Positions 1 to 8,230 of a stretch of 64,000 nt of DNA are shown here, one piece after another. Position numbers and translations under genes: made by a program. The DNA comes from a virus: positions 1 to 64,000 of IMG/VR virus record IMGVR_UViG_3300021963_000037. One strand, written 5' to 3'. Position 1 is the first letter of the stretch. Each line of letters starts with the position of its first letter. Under the pieces are notes generated by a model. The model was not told where the DNA came from. It saw only the letters and a program-made list of their open reading frames with translations, and did not search any database.

Positions 1-20
1 ACAAATTAAATAACATCCAC

Positions 21-461
21 ATGACAAAGACAATTTTTAACACCGAAAGAATTAACCAAGTAGATTTCATCCAATCACGTAACGGACAGTTTAGAGCAAT
101 CGTTAAAGTTCAAGCTGGTTTCTTAACCGTAGTAGATGACTTAGGTATTCAATGTAAATGGGAATCAGGTGCCCAATGGAAATCAGCATTAAGTGTATTT
201 AAGAACTTTAAAAAAGGTGCCCTACAGACAATCCAATTTAAAGCAGAAGGTTCAGATAATTGGTTAACTGTATTTGCTCGTAAAGGTAATAAAATCGTTC
301 TTATGGACACGGAGATGTTCTTAACCATGAAAGTAGGTGATATTAACCAAGACTGGTCTAATACTAACCTATATAGTCAAACTAACTATGCATTAGCTGG
401 AGCTAAGACTTGGGCTGATTATGCATTTATCTCTAACGAAACCGAATTAGTTAACGCTTAA
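21..461 (+). CDS. hypothetical protein
   Basis: 146-aa ORF with A-rich upstream region; no recognised motif. Confidence 0.75.
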   Translation: MTKTIFNTERINQVDFIQSRNGQFRAIVKVQAGFLTVVDDLGIQCKWESGAQWKSALSVFKNFKKGALQTIQFKAEGSDNWLTVFARKGNKIVLMDTEMFLTMKVGDINQDWSNTNLYSQTNYALAGAKTWADYAFISNETELVNA

Positions 462-471
462 AATATAAATT

Positions 472-609
472 ATGCTTAAAATCTTAAAAAGCATGTATAG
501 CACAGTTAAATGCCGAATTTGTGGACGTAACTGTGGTTCTATTGGTTCCGGTAATGCAATTAACGGAATGTGTGAAAGATGCTACGAGAATGGTGGAGAT
601 GATGAATAA
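472..609 (+). CDS. 45-aa CxxC...CxxC zinc-finger-like microprotein
   Basis: Read manually, below the ORF-track cutoff: MLKILKSMYSTVKCRICGRNCGSIGSGNAINGMCERCYENGGDDE*. Confidence 0.6.
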   Translation: MLKILKSMYSTVKCRICGRNCGSIGSGNAINGMCERCYENGGDDE

Positions 610-1800
610 TCACCCCCAGAAGTCACTCCGGTAACACTTCCAGGGTGACACTCCAGAAGTCACTCCGGCAACACTCCCAGGTGACACCTAGGGTGAATAT
701 ACTCCACTAGGTGTTGCTAGCCCCACTGTGCTCACCAGTCACCATCTTCATGTAGGTCACTCCAACCTTCCGGCACCCGCACCCAATAACCCTTAACCTA
801 TAAAGAAGGAACCTATATAGGTAAGGTAGGCATGGAAGAGTAGTAGGTGTCCGTTATAGGTGATCTAGGCTATATAGAGAAGGGGGTATAAGGAGGTAGA
901 GTGGGTTGGAGTCCGTACCTCTAGGTCTCAGGGTACTCAGGGTCTTCAGAGCCCTCAGCATGCCTAAGCGCAATTTAACGGGAGTTCTAGGAGTCAGGGT
1001 CCTAGAGCCATGCGCCGATCCTAGGTACCAGGATCCCAGGGTCCCAGAGCCACATAAACCAATTTGCCCGATTTCACGTGGTGTCGGTGTCCTTCAGGTG
1101 AAGGGTCATGACTTTAAATAATGTACTACTATAATTAACACCTATTGCATTTGTGTTTCACAGAAGCACACACATTATCACGGTCCGTCCGAGGACACCT
1201 TTCTACCTAAGCGCGCGACTCCGAGTCCTCAAAGGGCCCTTCTAACCTCCGAGGGCCAAGAAACCAATAAAAACCTATAAGAACTCAGAAAGACTAATAA
1301 GAACCGTTATAGAAACCTATATAAGACTCCAGAAGACCCGATCGAATGGGGCCCGTCCCCATCGTAACTTGGACTACTCTAAGGGCCCTCTCAGCGCTTT
1401 GACCATCCCCCAGGTCGGTTTTTTTCCCGGTCCGGAAAAGTCACCTCTACCCTAAAGCGAGGGCCCGAGAACTTCTAGTCTCCATGGGTCTCCAAGGGCC
1501 ATTGAGTGGGGGTCACTTCTAGTCGATCGAGACTCCAACACAACTAGACACCGTTACTTAAAGAGATTTTATTTCTATTAGTACTATAACTACTATAAGA
1601 ACTTAGATTAGTAGTGTGGTGGTCGAGTTGGAGTCGTTCAGAGAAATCCGCTAGAAGGAGTCGTCGGGGAGGTCCAGTAGCTCACGGGAATCGGGGTCGC
1701 ACGAGGGTCCTACTGGATTTGGATTTGGTATTCTCTTCTAGTACTTAGACGGTTTGGAGGATGGGCCCAAGGTGGATAGGAGGCCCTGTGGTATAAAATT
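610..1800. other. GC-rich non-coding island with repeats and inverted repeats
   Basis: Visibly much higher GC than the rest of the window; no credible ORF; recurrent ACTCC/GGAGT and GGGCCC motifs. Confidence 0.8.
616..688 (+). repeat. two-copy ~37-bp tandem repeat
   Basis: ccagaagtcactccggtaacacttccagggtgacact / ccagaagtcactccggcaacactcccaggtgacacc. Confidence 0.85.
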
Positions 1801-1828
1801 TCTTTAGGTACTTAAAGACTTATATACT

Positions 1829-1855
1829 GAAACAAGTTTAAAAATTTCTCTATAA
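1829..1855 (+). promoter_or_regulatory. class B promoter (KAAAC-N17-TATAA)
   Basis: GAAAC-17 nt-TATAA; same arrangement recurs at seven other gene boundaries. Confidence 0.65.
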
Positions 1856-1917
1856 GATAAGTAACGGAAAAATCCCCCATTGAAATTTCCCCCAATACCT
1901 TTAAAATTATAAATATT

Positions 1918-2151
1918 ATGATTAAAGTTCAACATACACAAATAGAGTCTTCGACAATTGACAGGACTAGCTACTATGCAGACACTAAAGAGCTCATTGT
2001 AACTTTTAAAAGTGGCACAGTCTATTCCTATCATGAAGTTGGGGCCGATGACTACAAAAAGTTCATCAACTCTACCAGCGCTGGACAAGCGTTAAACCAT
2101 TTCATTAAGAACAATTATCAATTCACAAAAGTAGAACAAGATGGCGAGTAA
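1918..2151 (+). CDS. KTSC domain protein
   Basis: IESSTI..SYY...LIVTFKSGTVYSY..V....Y..F....SAG....FIK pattern. Confidence 0.85.
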   Translation: MIKVQHTQIESSTIDRTSYYADTKELIVTFKSGTVYSYHEVGADDYKKFINSTSAGQALNHFIKNNYQFTKVEQDGE

Positions 2152-2413
2152 AAAAGCAGCTACTACTGGTTGGAAAACTAAGATGATGGAAACGTCGATC
2201 TTGGGAGTTAAAACTGGTAAAATGGGTCATGCAATGATATGTATGAACTCAAAACCTGAACTAAGTAAATATCCTCAAGCAGCTCCAGAAGATGGTGTAT
2301 GTGATCAATGGGTTTTTTCGAGTGTTGACTCGGCTTCAGTTCTTTGTAGTAATTGTGTTCAACGATTAATGCAAGTTAGTCCGAACAGAGTATCAACCCC
2401 AGAAAACGATTAA
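2141..2413 (+). CDS. hypothetical Cys-containing protein
   Basis: 90-aa ORF with CSNC motif, overlapping its neighbours. Confidence 0.65.
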   Translation: MASKKAATTGWKTKMMETSILGVKTGKMGHAMICMNSKPELSKYPQAAPEDGVCDQWVFSSVDSASVLCSNCVQRLMQVSPNRVSTPEND

Positions 2414-3075
2414 TGATGCCGCAAAAAGCAATCGACGCATGGCAAATTCTCCGAATCCAAGGAGAGTTTACACGACTATTTGATGAGATGTCGGACTTGG
2501 ACCGTCCTTGTATCGCCGTTTTCGGTTCTGCAAGAACTTCAACTGGTAATAAGTACTATCAAGAAGCAATTAAAGTTGGAGAACAGTTGACCGCTAAAGG
2601 ATTTGGAGTTATAACTGGCGGAGGTCCTGGAATAATGGAAGCCGCAAACTACGGAGCTAGTAGAAAAACTGGTCTTTCGGTTGGTTTGGGAATAGAACTT
2701 CCATTTGAGGCAAAGATGAACGACTATATCAACCGTGGTATTACCTGCCGTTACTTCTTCACTCGTAAAGTTTCACTTATAAAATATTCACAAGGATTTA
2801 TCGTCTTTCCAGGAGGACTAGGTACACTCGATGAACTATTTGAAGCTCTTACACTTGCTCAAACCGGACATGCTCCTAAATTTCCAATTATTCTAGTTGG
2901 AAAATCATATTGGACCGGTCTTATAGACTGGTTAAAATCTACGGTTCTTGCCGATGGTAAAATGTCAGAATCAGATTTTGAGTTATTCAGAATTGTTGAT
3001 ACTGCTGACGAGGCAGTTGAAAAGATTTTAATACATAATTCTAAGTACCGAACAGAAAACAAGCAAAATTTTTAA
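2413..3075 (+). CDS. LOG family (TIGR00730-type) nucleotide phosphoribohydrolase
   Basis: VFGSAR, TGGGPGIMEA, FFTRK and PGGLGTLDE motifs. Confidence 0.9.
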   Translation: MMPQKAIDAWQILRIQGEFTRLFDEMSDLDRPCIAVFGSARTSTGNKYYQEAIKVGEQLTAKGFGVITGGGPGIMEAANYGASRKTGLSVGLGIELPFEAKMNDYINRGITCRYFFTRKVSLIKYSQGFIVFPGGLGTLDELFEALTLAQTGHAPKFPIILVGKSYWTGLIDWLKSTVLADGKMSESDFELFRIVDTADEAVEKILIHNSKYRTENKQNF

Positions 3076-3076
3076 T

Positions 3077-5095
3077 ATGGACCATATAGACGATTTAAAC
3101 AACGGACCAACCTCATCTAAAAAGGGTGGAAAGGGTAAAACTCCTTTCCTAGACCAATTTGGTGAAGACTTAACTCAAATGGCGGCTGAAGGCAAATTAG
3201 ACGCAATTATTGGTAGAGAAAAAGAAGTCCATAGAGTTTGCCAAATTCTTTCACGTAGAAAGAAAAACAATCCAATTATCTTGGGAGATCCAGGAGTTGG
3301 TAAAACTGCAATCGTTGAAGCTATTGCTCAACGTATTGTCGAGAAGAAAGTTGCAAGAACTCTCTTTAATAAAAGAATTGTATCTCTTAACCTGGCAAAT
3401 ATTGTAGCTGGTACAAAATACCGTGGAGAATTTGAAGAGAGAATGAAGGCAATTGTTGATGAGCTTAAAGCTAATCAAGATGTGATTGTCTTTGTTGATG
3501 AGATTCATACAATTATCGGTGCTGGAGGATCTAGTGGTTCTCTAGATGCTTCTAATATCTTAAAACCTGCCCTTGCAAGAGGACAAGTTCACTGTATTGG
3601 CGCTACAACATCTGATGAGTATCGAGAACATATTGAACAGGATGGAGCCTTAACTCGTCGTTTTCAAGAAGTTTTTATCGATCCACCAACAATTGATGAG
3701 ACAATCGAAATCTTAAATAGAATTAAAGACAAGTACGAAGACCACCATGCAGTAACTTATACGTCAGAAGCTATTGAAGCTTGCGTTAAAATGTCTGAAA
3801 GATATATCACTCAACGTGAACTTCCAGACAAGGCTATTGATGTGATGGACGAAGTTGGTTCTAAAATTCATTTGCTAGAAATTAAGGTTCCTTCTCATGT
3901 AAAAAAGATGGAGACTGATGCTGAAGAATTCGGTAAGCAAAAGCACGAAGCTGTTGCAAAACAAGATTATGAAGAGGCTGCAAAGTACAGAGACTTAGAA
4001 CTTTCTAAGAAAAAAGAAATTGACCAAAAAATAAAAGATTGGGAAAAGAGCTTACGAGATAAAAAACGTAATGTAACTGACCAGGATGTTGCTAATACAA
4101 TTGCAGAAATTACTGGAATACCGGTTGCCAGATTAAACGGTGACGAGAGTAAAATGATACTGAATATGAATAAAGAACTCAAGAAGTTAATTATTGGTCA
4201 GGATCAAGCGGTCGATTCTTTATGTAAGGTTATTAAACGATCTAGAGCAGGAGTTTCCTCAGCTAAAAAACCTTTAGGGTCATTCATGTTTATCGGTCCT
4301 ACTGGAGTCGGTAAAACTGAAACTGTTAAAGCACTTTCTGAATATTACTTTGGTTCCGAAGATAATTTGATCCGAGTTGACTGTAGCGAATACCAAGAGA
4401 AGTTTACTGTTTCTCGTCTAGTTGGAGCTCCTCCAGGATATGTTGGTTATGAAGAAGGCGGTCAATTAACTGAGCAAGTTCGTCGTAAACCTTATTCAGT
4501 GGTTCTATTTGACGAGATTGAAAAAGCACATCCAGATATTTTTAACACTCTACTTCAGGTATTAGATGATGGTAGGTTAACAGACTCACTAGGTAGAACT
4601 ATTGATTTTACTAACACTATTATCATTATGACTTCAAATATTGGTGCTCGTAAATTCTCTGAATTTGGTATCGGAATTGGTTTTCAAACTGATGTATCTG
4701 AAGCTACACAAAAAGCTAAAATGGAATCAGTTATTCGTAAAGAACTTAAGAACAAGTTCCCACCTGAATTCTTAAACCGTTTAGATGATATGGTTCTATT
4801 TGAACAATTATCAGAAGATTCTATTCTTAAGATTGTTGATATTGAATTGACTGACGTTTGCGAGAGATTATTCGATCAGGGAATTCAAATCAAATTTACA
4901 AAAACAGCAAAACTATTTTTAGTAAAAGAAGGATATGATGTTGCTTATGGTGCTAGACCTTTAAAAAGAGCAATTCAAAGTCATGTAGAAGATTTATTAG
5001 CTGATGCTATTATCGATAAAACTATAACTCCTTCAGACGAGTTCTATTATACGATTACCTTCGACAAGGAATTGAATAAACTTTATATCCAATAA
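3077..5095 (+). CDS. clpC: ClpC-like AAA+ unfoldase lacking the N-terminal Clp-repeat domain
   Basis: Walker A GDPGVGKT and GPTGVGKT; KYRG and GYVG pore loops; UVR-type M domain (QDYEEAAKYRD); IGF ClpP-docking loop. Confidence 0.92.
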   Translation: MDHIDDLNNGPTSSKKGGKGKTPFLDQFGEDLTQMAAEGKLDAIIGREKEVHRVCQILSRRKKNNPIILGDPGVGKTAIVEAIAQRIVEKKVARTLFNKRIVSLNLANIVAGTKYRGEFEERMKAIVDELKANQDVIVFVDEIHTIIGAGGSSGSLDASNILKPALARGQVHCIGATTSDEYREHIEQDGALTRRFQEVFIDPPTIDETIEILNRIKDKYEDHHAVTYTSEAIEACVKMSERYITQRELPDKAIDVMDEVGSKIHLLEIKVPSHVKKMETDAEEFGKQKHEAVAKQDYEEAAKYRDLELSKKKEIDQKIKDWEKSLRDKKRNVTDQDVANTIAEITGIPVARLNGDESKMILNMNKELKKLIIGQDQAVDSLCKVIKRSRAGVSSAKKPLGSFMFIGPTGVGKTETVKALSEYYFGSEDNLIRVDCSEYQEKFTVSRLVGAPPGYVGYEEGGQLTEQVRRKPYSVVLFDEIEKAHPDIFNTLLQVLDDGRLTDSLGRTIDFTNTIIIMTSNIGARKFSEFGIGIGFQTDVSEATQKAKMESVIRKELKNKFPPEFLNRLDDMVLFEQLSEDSILKIVDIELTDVCERLFDQGIQIKFTKTAKLFLVKEGYDVAYGARPLKRAIQSHVEDLLADAIIDKTITPSDEFYYTITFDKELNKLYIQ

Positions 5096-5103
5096 GTGTA
5101 TAA
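5077..5103 (+). promoter_or_regulatory. class B promoter
   Basis: TAAAC-17 nt-TATAA. Confidence 0.6.
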
Positions 5104-5120
5104 CCTTTATAAAATAATTA

Positions 5121-6017
5121 ATGAGCAATTTTTCAAATCAATTTACCGGAATCATTAACAAAATCAATGATTCCGGTTCTGAATCACAACCAAGAAATTT
5201 AAAAGTACGTGAACTTATATACGGACAGTTTGATGTAGATTCTACTCAGCCATTCGCATCTTTTAAAGACCGTGCTTTTAACTGGAAATACTTTGCAGGT
5301 GAAGTAGCATGGTATCTTAAAAAAGATAATGATATTGACTACATCAACAAGTTTTCTAATTTCTGGAAAGGCATAACAAACCCAAATACAAATACCATTA
5401 ATTCAAATTACGGTTCTCTACTTTTTGGATCGCAACTTAAATGGTGTCTTGACAGTTTAAAAGTTGACAATAATACTCGTCAAGCAATTGCATTCTTAAA
5501 TCAGCCTAAATTTCAATTTGAAGGTAACAAAGATTTTGTTTGTACGATGTACTTAAATTTCTTTATTCGAGATAATAGGTTACATATGAAAGTTCAGATG
5601 CGTTCTAATGATATTTTCTATGGACTTACATTTGATGCACCGTTTTTTGCAGTAGTACACCAGCATATGTTGCTTTGGTTAAAAGAAACCTATCCAACTT
5701 TAGAACTTGGGACATATACTCATTTTGCTGACAACATTCATTATTATGAAAGACATTTTGAATTGTCTGATCAGATTCTCACAAATGGTTTATCTGATAA
5801 TCAATACATTATGGATATTAAACAACCTCTATTTACATTAGAAGATAATGGTATTAAATATACAGAAGCTGGTTTATCCTTCATTAGTGAAGTTGATGCA
5901 ATCTCAGAAAATGAAAATGCTAAAGGTAAAAACTATCTTGAAATTTTATCAAAATACTTAAATGTAAAAAATGCAAGTACCATTAATCAAGATAATACTG
6001 AGCAAAGTGCAGGCTAA
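5121..6017 (+). CDS. thymidylate-synthase-fold enzyme, probably dCMP hydroxymethyltransferase (T4 gp42-like)
   Basis: INSNYG, DFVCT, MRSNDIFYGLTFD (Asp at the substrate-specificity position), HYYERHF. Confidence 0.75.
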   Translation: MSNFSNQFTGIINKINDSGSESQPRNLKVRELIYGQFDVDSTQPFASFKDRAFNWKYFAGEVAWYLKKDNDIDYINKFSNFWKGITNPNTNTINSNYGSLLFGSQLKWCLDSLKVDNNTRQAIAFLNQPKFQFEGNKDFVCTMYLNFFIRDNRLHMKVQMRSNDIFYGLTFDAPFFAVVHQHMLLWLKETYPTLELGTYTHFADNIHYYERHFELSDQILTNGLSDNQYIMDIKQPLFTLEDNGIKYTEAGLSFISEVDAISENENAKGKNYLEILSKYLNVKNASTINQDNTEQSAG

Positions 6018-6279
6018 TTATCCAATCAGCACCTATATCCAAGAAGAAGGAGAAGATGCTCTAAATAGACATATCGTCTCTCATGTGATTAACACGTTAG
6101 ATGGTAAAATTAAACATAATCTTCTTTGTCAATTCGAAGACGAGTATGGCGCTAAATATAATGTAACTCTAGATAAAGATAGCTGGAAAAAATCATTAGG
6201 TAAAGCGCATCAATATTTCTTAAAGATCGAGGAATATGAAACTTGTAAAATTATTAAAGAAACACTAGAAAAAATATGA
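5971..6279 (+). CDS. small protein with C-terminal UVR-like motif
   Basis: YFLKIEEYETCKIIK; ATGA-coupled to clpP. Confidence 0.7.
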   Translation: MQVPLIKIILSKVQANYPISTYIQEEGEDALNRHIVSHVINTLDGKIKHNLLCQFEDEYGAKYNVTLDKDSWKKSLGKAHQYFLKIEEYETCKIIKETLEKI

Positions 6280-6956
6280 ATCTATTCGACAAAAAATCTG
6301 AGTTTAGCAGATACGCAAAATCCGAACATAACGTATCTTCATTAAATTTAGATTACTACCAAAAACAAATTAAAGGATCTTTAACCCCATATATTTTGGA
6401 GGAAAGAGAACTTAGAGCCGTTCAAATGGACATTTTCTCTAGGTTGATGATGGATCGAGTATTATGGGTTGCCGGTGAAGTAAATGACAATATGTCAACC
6501 ATCGTACAAGCTCAGCTGATGTTCTTAGATTCAACAGGTCAGGATGATATTACAATGCATATCGATTCAGGAGGTGGATCTGTTAAGTCAGGTCTTTCAA
6601 TGGTTGATGTTATGGATTATATCAATTGTGATATTAAAACAGTAAACACTGGTATGGCAGCATCTATGGGATCCGTTCTTTTAGGAGCTGGTACTAAAGG
6701 TAAAAGAGCATCATTAAGACATTCAACAACAATGCTACATCAATCTTCTGGCGGTTTTAGTGGAAATATTCAAGATGCTGAAATTGATTGGAAAGAATGG
6801 CAAAAAGTAAATAAGATTCTTTTTGATCTTTTAGGAGAATATTGTGGAAAACCAGCAGATGTGGTTATGAAAGATGCTACAAGAGATTTTTGGTTAAACG
6901 CTGAAGATGCATTAGCGTACGGCATAATTGATACAATTGTTAAAAGAAATAAATAA
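6276..6956 (+). CDS. clpP: ClpP protease subunit
   Basis: MDIFSRLM; AASMG (Ser), MLHQ (His) and RDFWL (Asp) catalytic triad. Confidence 0.95.
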   Translation: MNLFDKKSEFSRYAKSEHNVSSLNLDYYQKQIKGSLTPYILEERELRAVQMDIFSRLMMDRVLWVAGEVNDNMSTIVQAQLMFLDSTGQDDITMHIDSGGGSVKSGLSMVDVMDYINCDIKTVNTGMAASMGSVLLGAGTKGKRASLRHSTTMLHQSSGGFSGNIQDAEIDWKEWQKVNKILFDLLGEYCGKPADVVMKDATRDFWLNAEDALAYGIIDTIVKRNK

Positions 6957-6959
6957 AAA

Positions 6960-7166
6960 ATGAATGTACATATTTACATTGAATCTGAAAAGGTAGAGTA
7001 CTTAAAAAGGATTCTTGATATTGTTTGGTCTTTAGACGAAGATGAACATGATTCTATCATATACCAGAACGTTCCTGCTAAAGGTTGGATTCAAGTATCT
7101 ATGTCATCAAACGAATTTATTGCTTTAACAGATCGTGGACTATTAAATGAACTTATTGAACTATGA
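6960..7166 (+). CDS. hypothetical protein
   Basis: 68-aa ORF tiling the operon. Confidence 0.7.
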   Translation: MNVHIYIESEKVEYLKRILDIVWSLDEDEHDSIIYQNVPAKGWIQVSMSSNEFIALTDRGLLNELIEL

Positions 7167-7477
7167 GTAGAGAAAGACAAAAGAAATTGTTTATTGAACT
7201 AATTAATAAGCAGTTAGAACCATTTGGAAAAACCTACGATGATGTAGTAAATTTACCAAATTGGTACATGAATTATCAAACCACGCCTGAAGAACAAAAG
7301 AAATTTAGCGATTATTGCGCTAATCGAATTTCTAAAGAATTAGGTCTTACTAAGAAAATGGCTGAAATGGAAGCTAGTTGGTTTATACTCCAGTGGGGTT
7401 TAACAACTTCTAAGACCGAATACAACCAAGATCCTGAAAAAGATTCTATCCCAGTAGAAATCAAGAAAAAGAATTAA
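7163..7477 (+). CDS. hypothetical protein
   Basis: 104-aa ORF with ATGA overlap. Confidence 0.75.
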   Translation: MSRERQKKLFIELINKQLEPFGKTYDDVVNLPNWYMNYQTTPEEQKKFSDYCANRISKELGLTKKMAEMEASWFILQWGLTTSKTEYNQDPEKDSIPVEIKKKN

Positions 7478-7479
7478 CA

Positions 7480-7513
7480 AATATCTCCATGATAAATAAG
7501 TCATGGAGATATT
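7480..7513 (+). promoter_or_regulatory. 13-bp hairpin enclosing a late-promoter motif and the start codon
   Basis: AATATCTCCATGA-TAAATAAG-TCATGGAGATATT; GATAAATA at 7491, ATG at 7503. Confidence 0.7.
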
Positions 7514-8192
7514 AAATAAAGATTGGCTGAATTCTCAGCCAATTGACTACGAACTTAAAAAGTATAAACTTCTTTCTGCTGGAAAGAAGTACCAATCGCT
7601 TATCAATGGTTACGAGTTATTTCCAGTCCTAGATGAAATTGAAGCTCATTTAGATTTCCTCTATAAATTCAAATATAAAATCGACGAGATTGATAATAAT
7701 CTTAAGATTTTAAAAGGTATCGATATAGATACAATGTCTCTTCTTTACGAAAAGTCAAATGACACTGATTTAGAAACCATCGCTAGTATTTCTGAAGACG
7801 CTACTATCTTTTTTGAAAAGATTTATAAAGATATTCGTGGAAGATGGAGAGATGTCGAGAAGTTTATAAACTTTACTCAGATACCAGACAGAAGATCTGT
7901 CTACTCTAAAGGTTACATGATTCTATGTGACTACGATAAAACGTATTCTATTTATGAATTCCATAAACCTAGTTCATCACAAAAGGAATGGAAAGATTTT
8001 AAATTAATCCTTATTAGAGACAAAGAACCTTATATTCTAGAAAATGTAGGTGAATTTGTTACTAATACCGGAATCTCTGAACCATCTTCTATTTTTGTAC
8101 GAGCCGATATTAAAAAGCAATTTCCATTAGATTCTTGCTTATTTCCCATTTCAAAGTTTAAATTGTTCAATTTCCTTAAAACAGGAATTTAA
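7503..8192 (+). CDS. hypothetical protein, resembles a Bacteroidota conserved hypothetical
   Basis: 229-aa ORF with N-terminal IDYELKKYKLL motif; resemblance recalled, not verified. Confidence 0.7.
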   Translation: MEILNKDWLNSQPIDYELKKYKLLSAGKKYQSLINGYELFPVLDEIEAHLDFLYKFKYKIDEIDNNLKILKGIDIDTMSLLYEKSNDTDLETIASISEDATIFFEKIYKDIRGRWRDVEKFINFTQIPDRRSVYSKGYMILCDYDKTYSIYEFHKPSSSQKEWKDFKLILIRDKEPYILENVGEFVTNTGISEPSSIFVRADIKKQFPLDSCLFPISKFKLFNFLKTGI

Positions 8193-8230
8193 CTAAAATA
8201 TATAAACAGATAAAAATAATTATTTCAAAA

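Noticed and set aside
616-700. 37-bp repeat as a CRISPR array
   Set aside because: Only two adjacent copies, no unique spacers and no cas genes in the window
906-1121. 71-aa ORF in the GC-rich island
   Set aside because: TTG start, atypical composition and no A-rich leader; likely spurious
687-1768. Island as a restriction-site decoy or vector polylinker (CCTAGG, GGTACC, GGATCC clustered at 1020-1036)
   Set aside because: About 20-25 six-base palindromes in 1.1 kb is near the ~17 expected by chance; only GGGCCC is clearly repeated and no vector elements were recognised
5121-6017. Annotation as canonical thyA
   Set aside because: Asp rather than Asn at the specificity position, and gp42-like motifs
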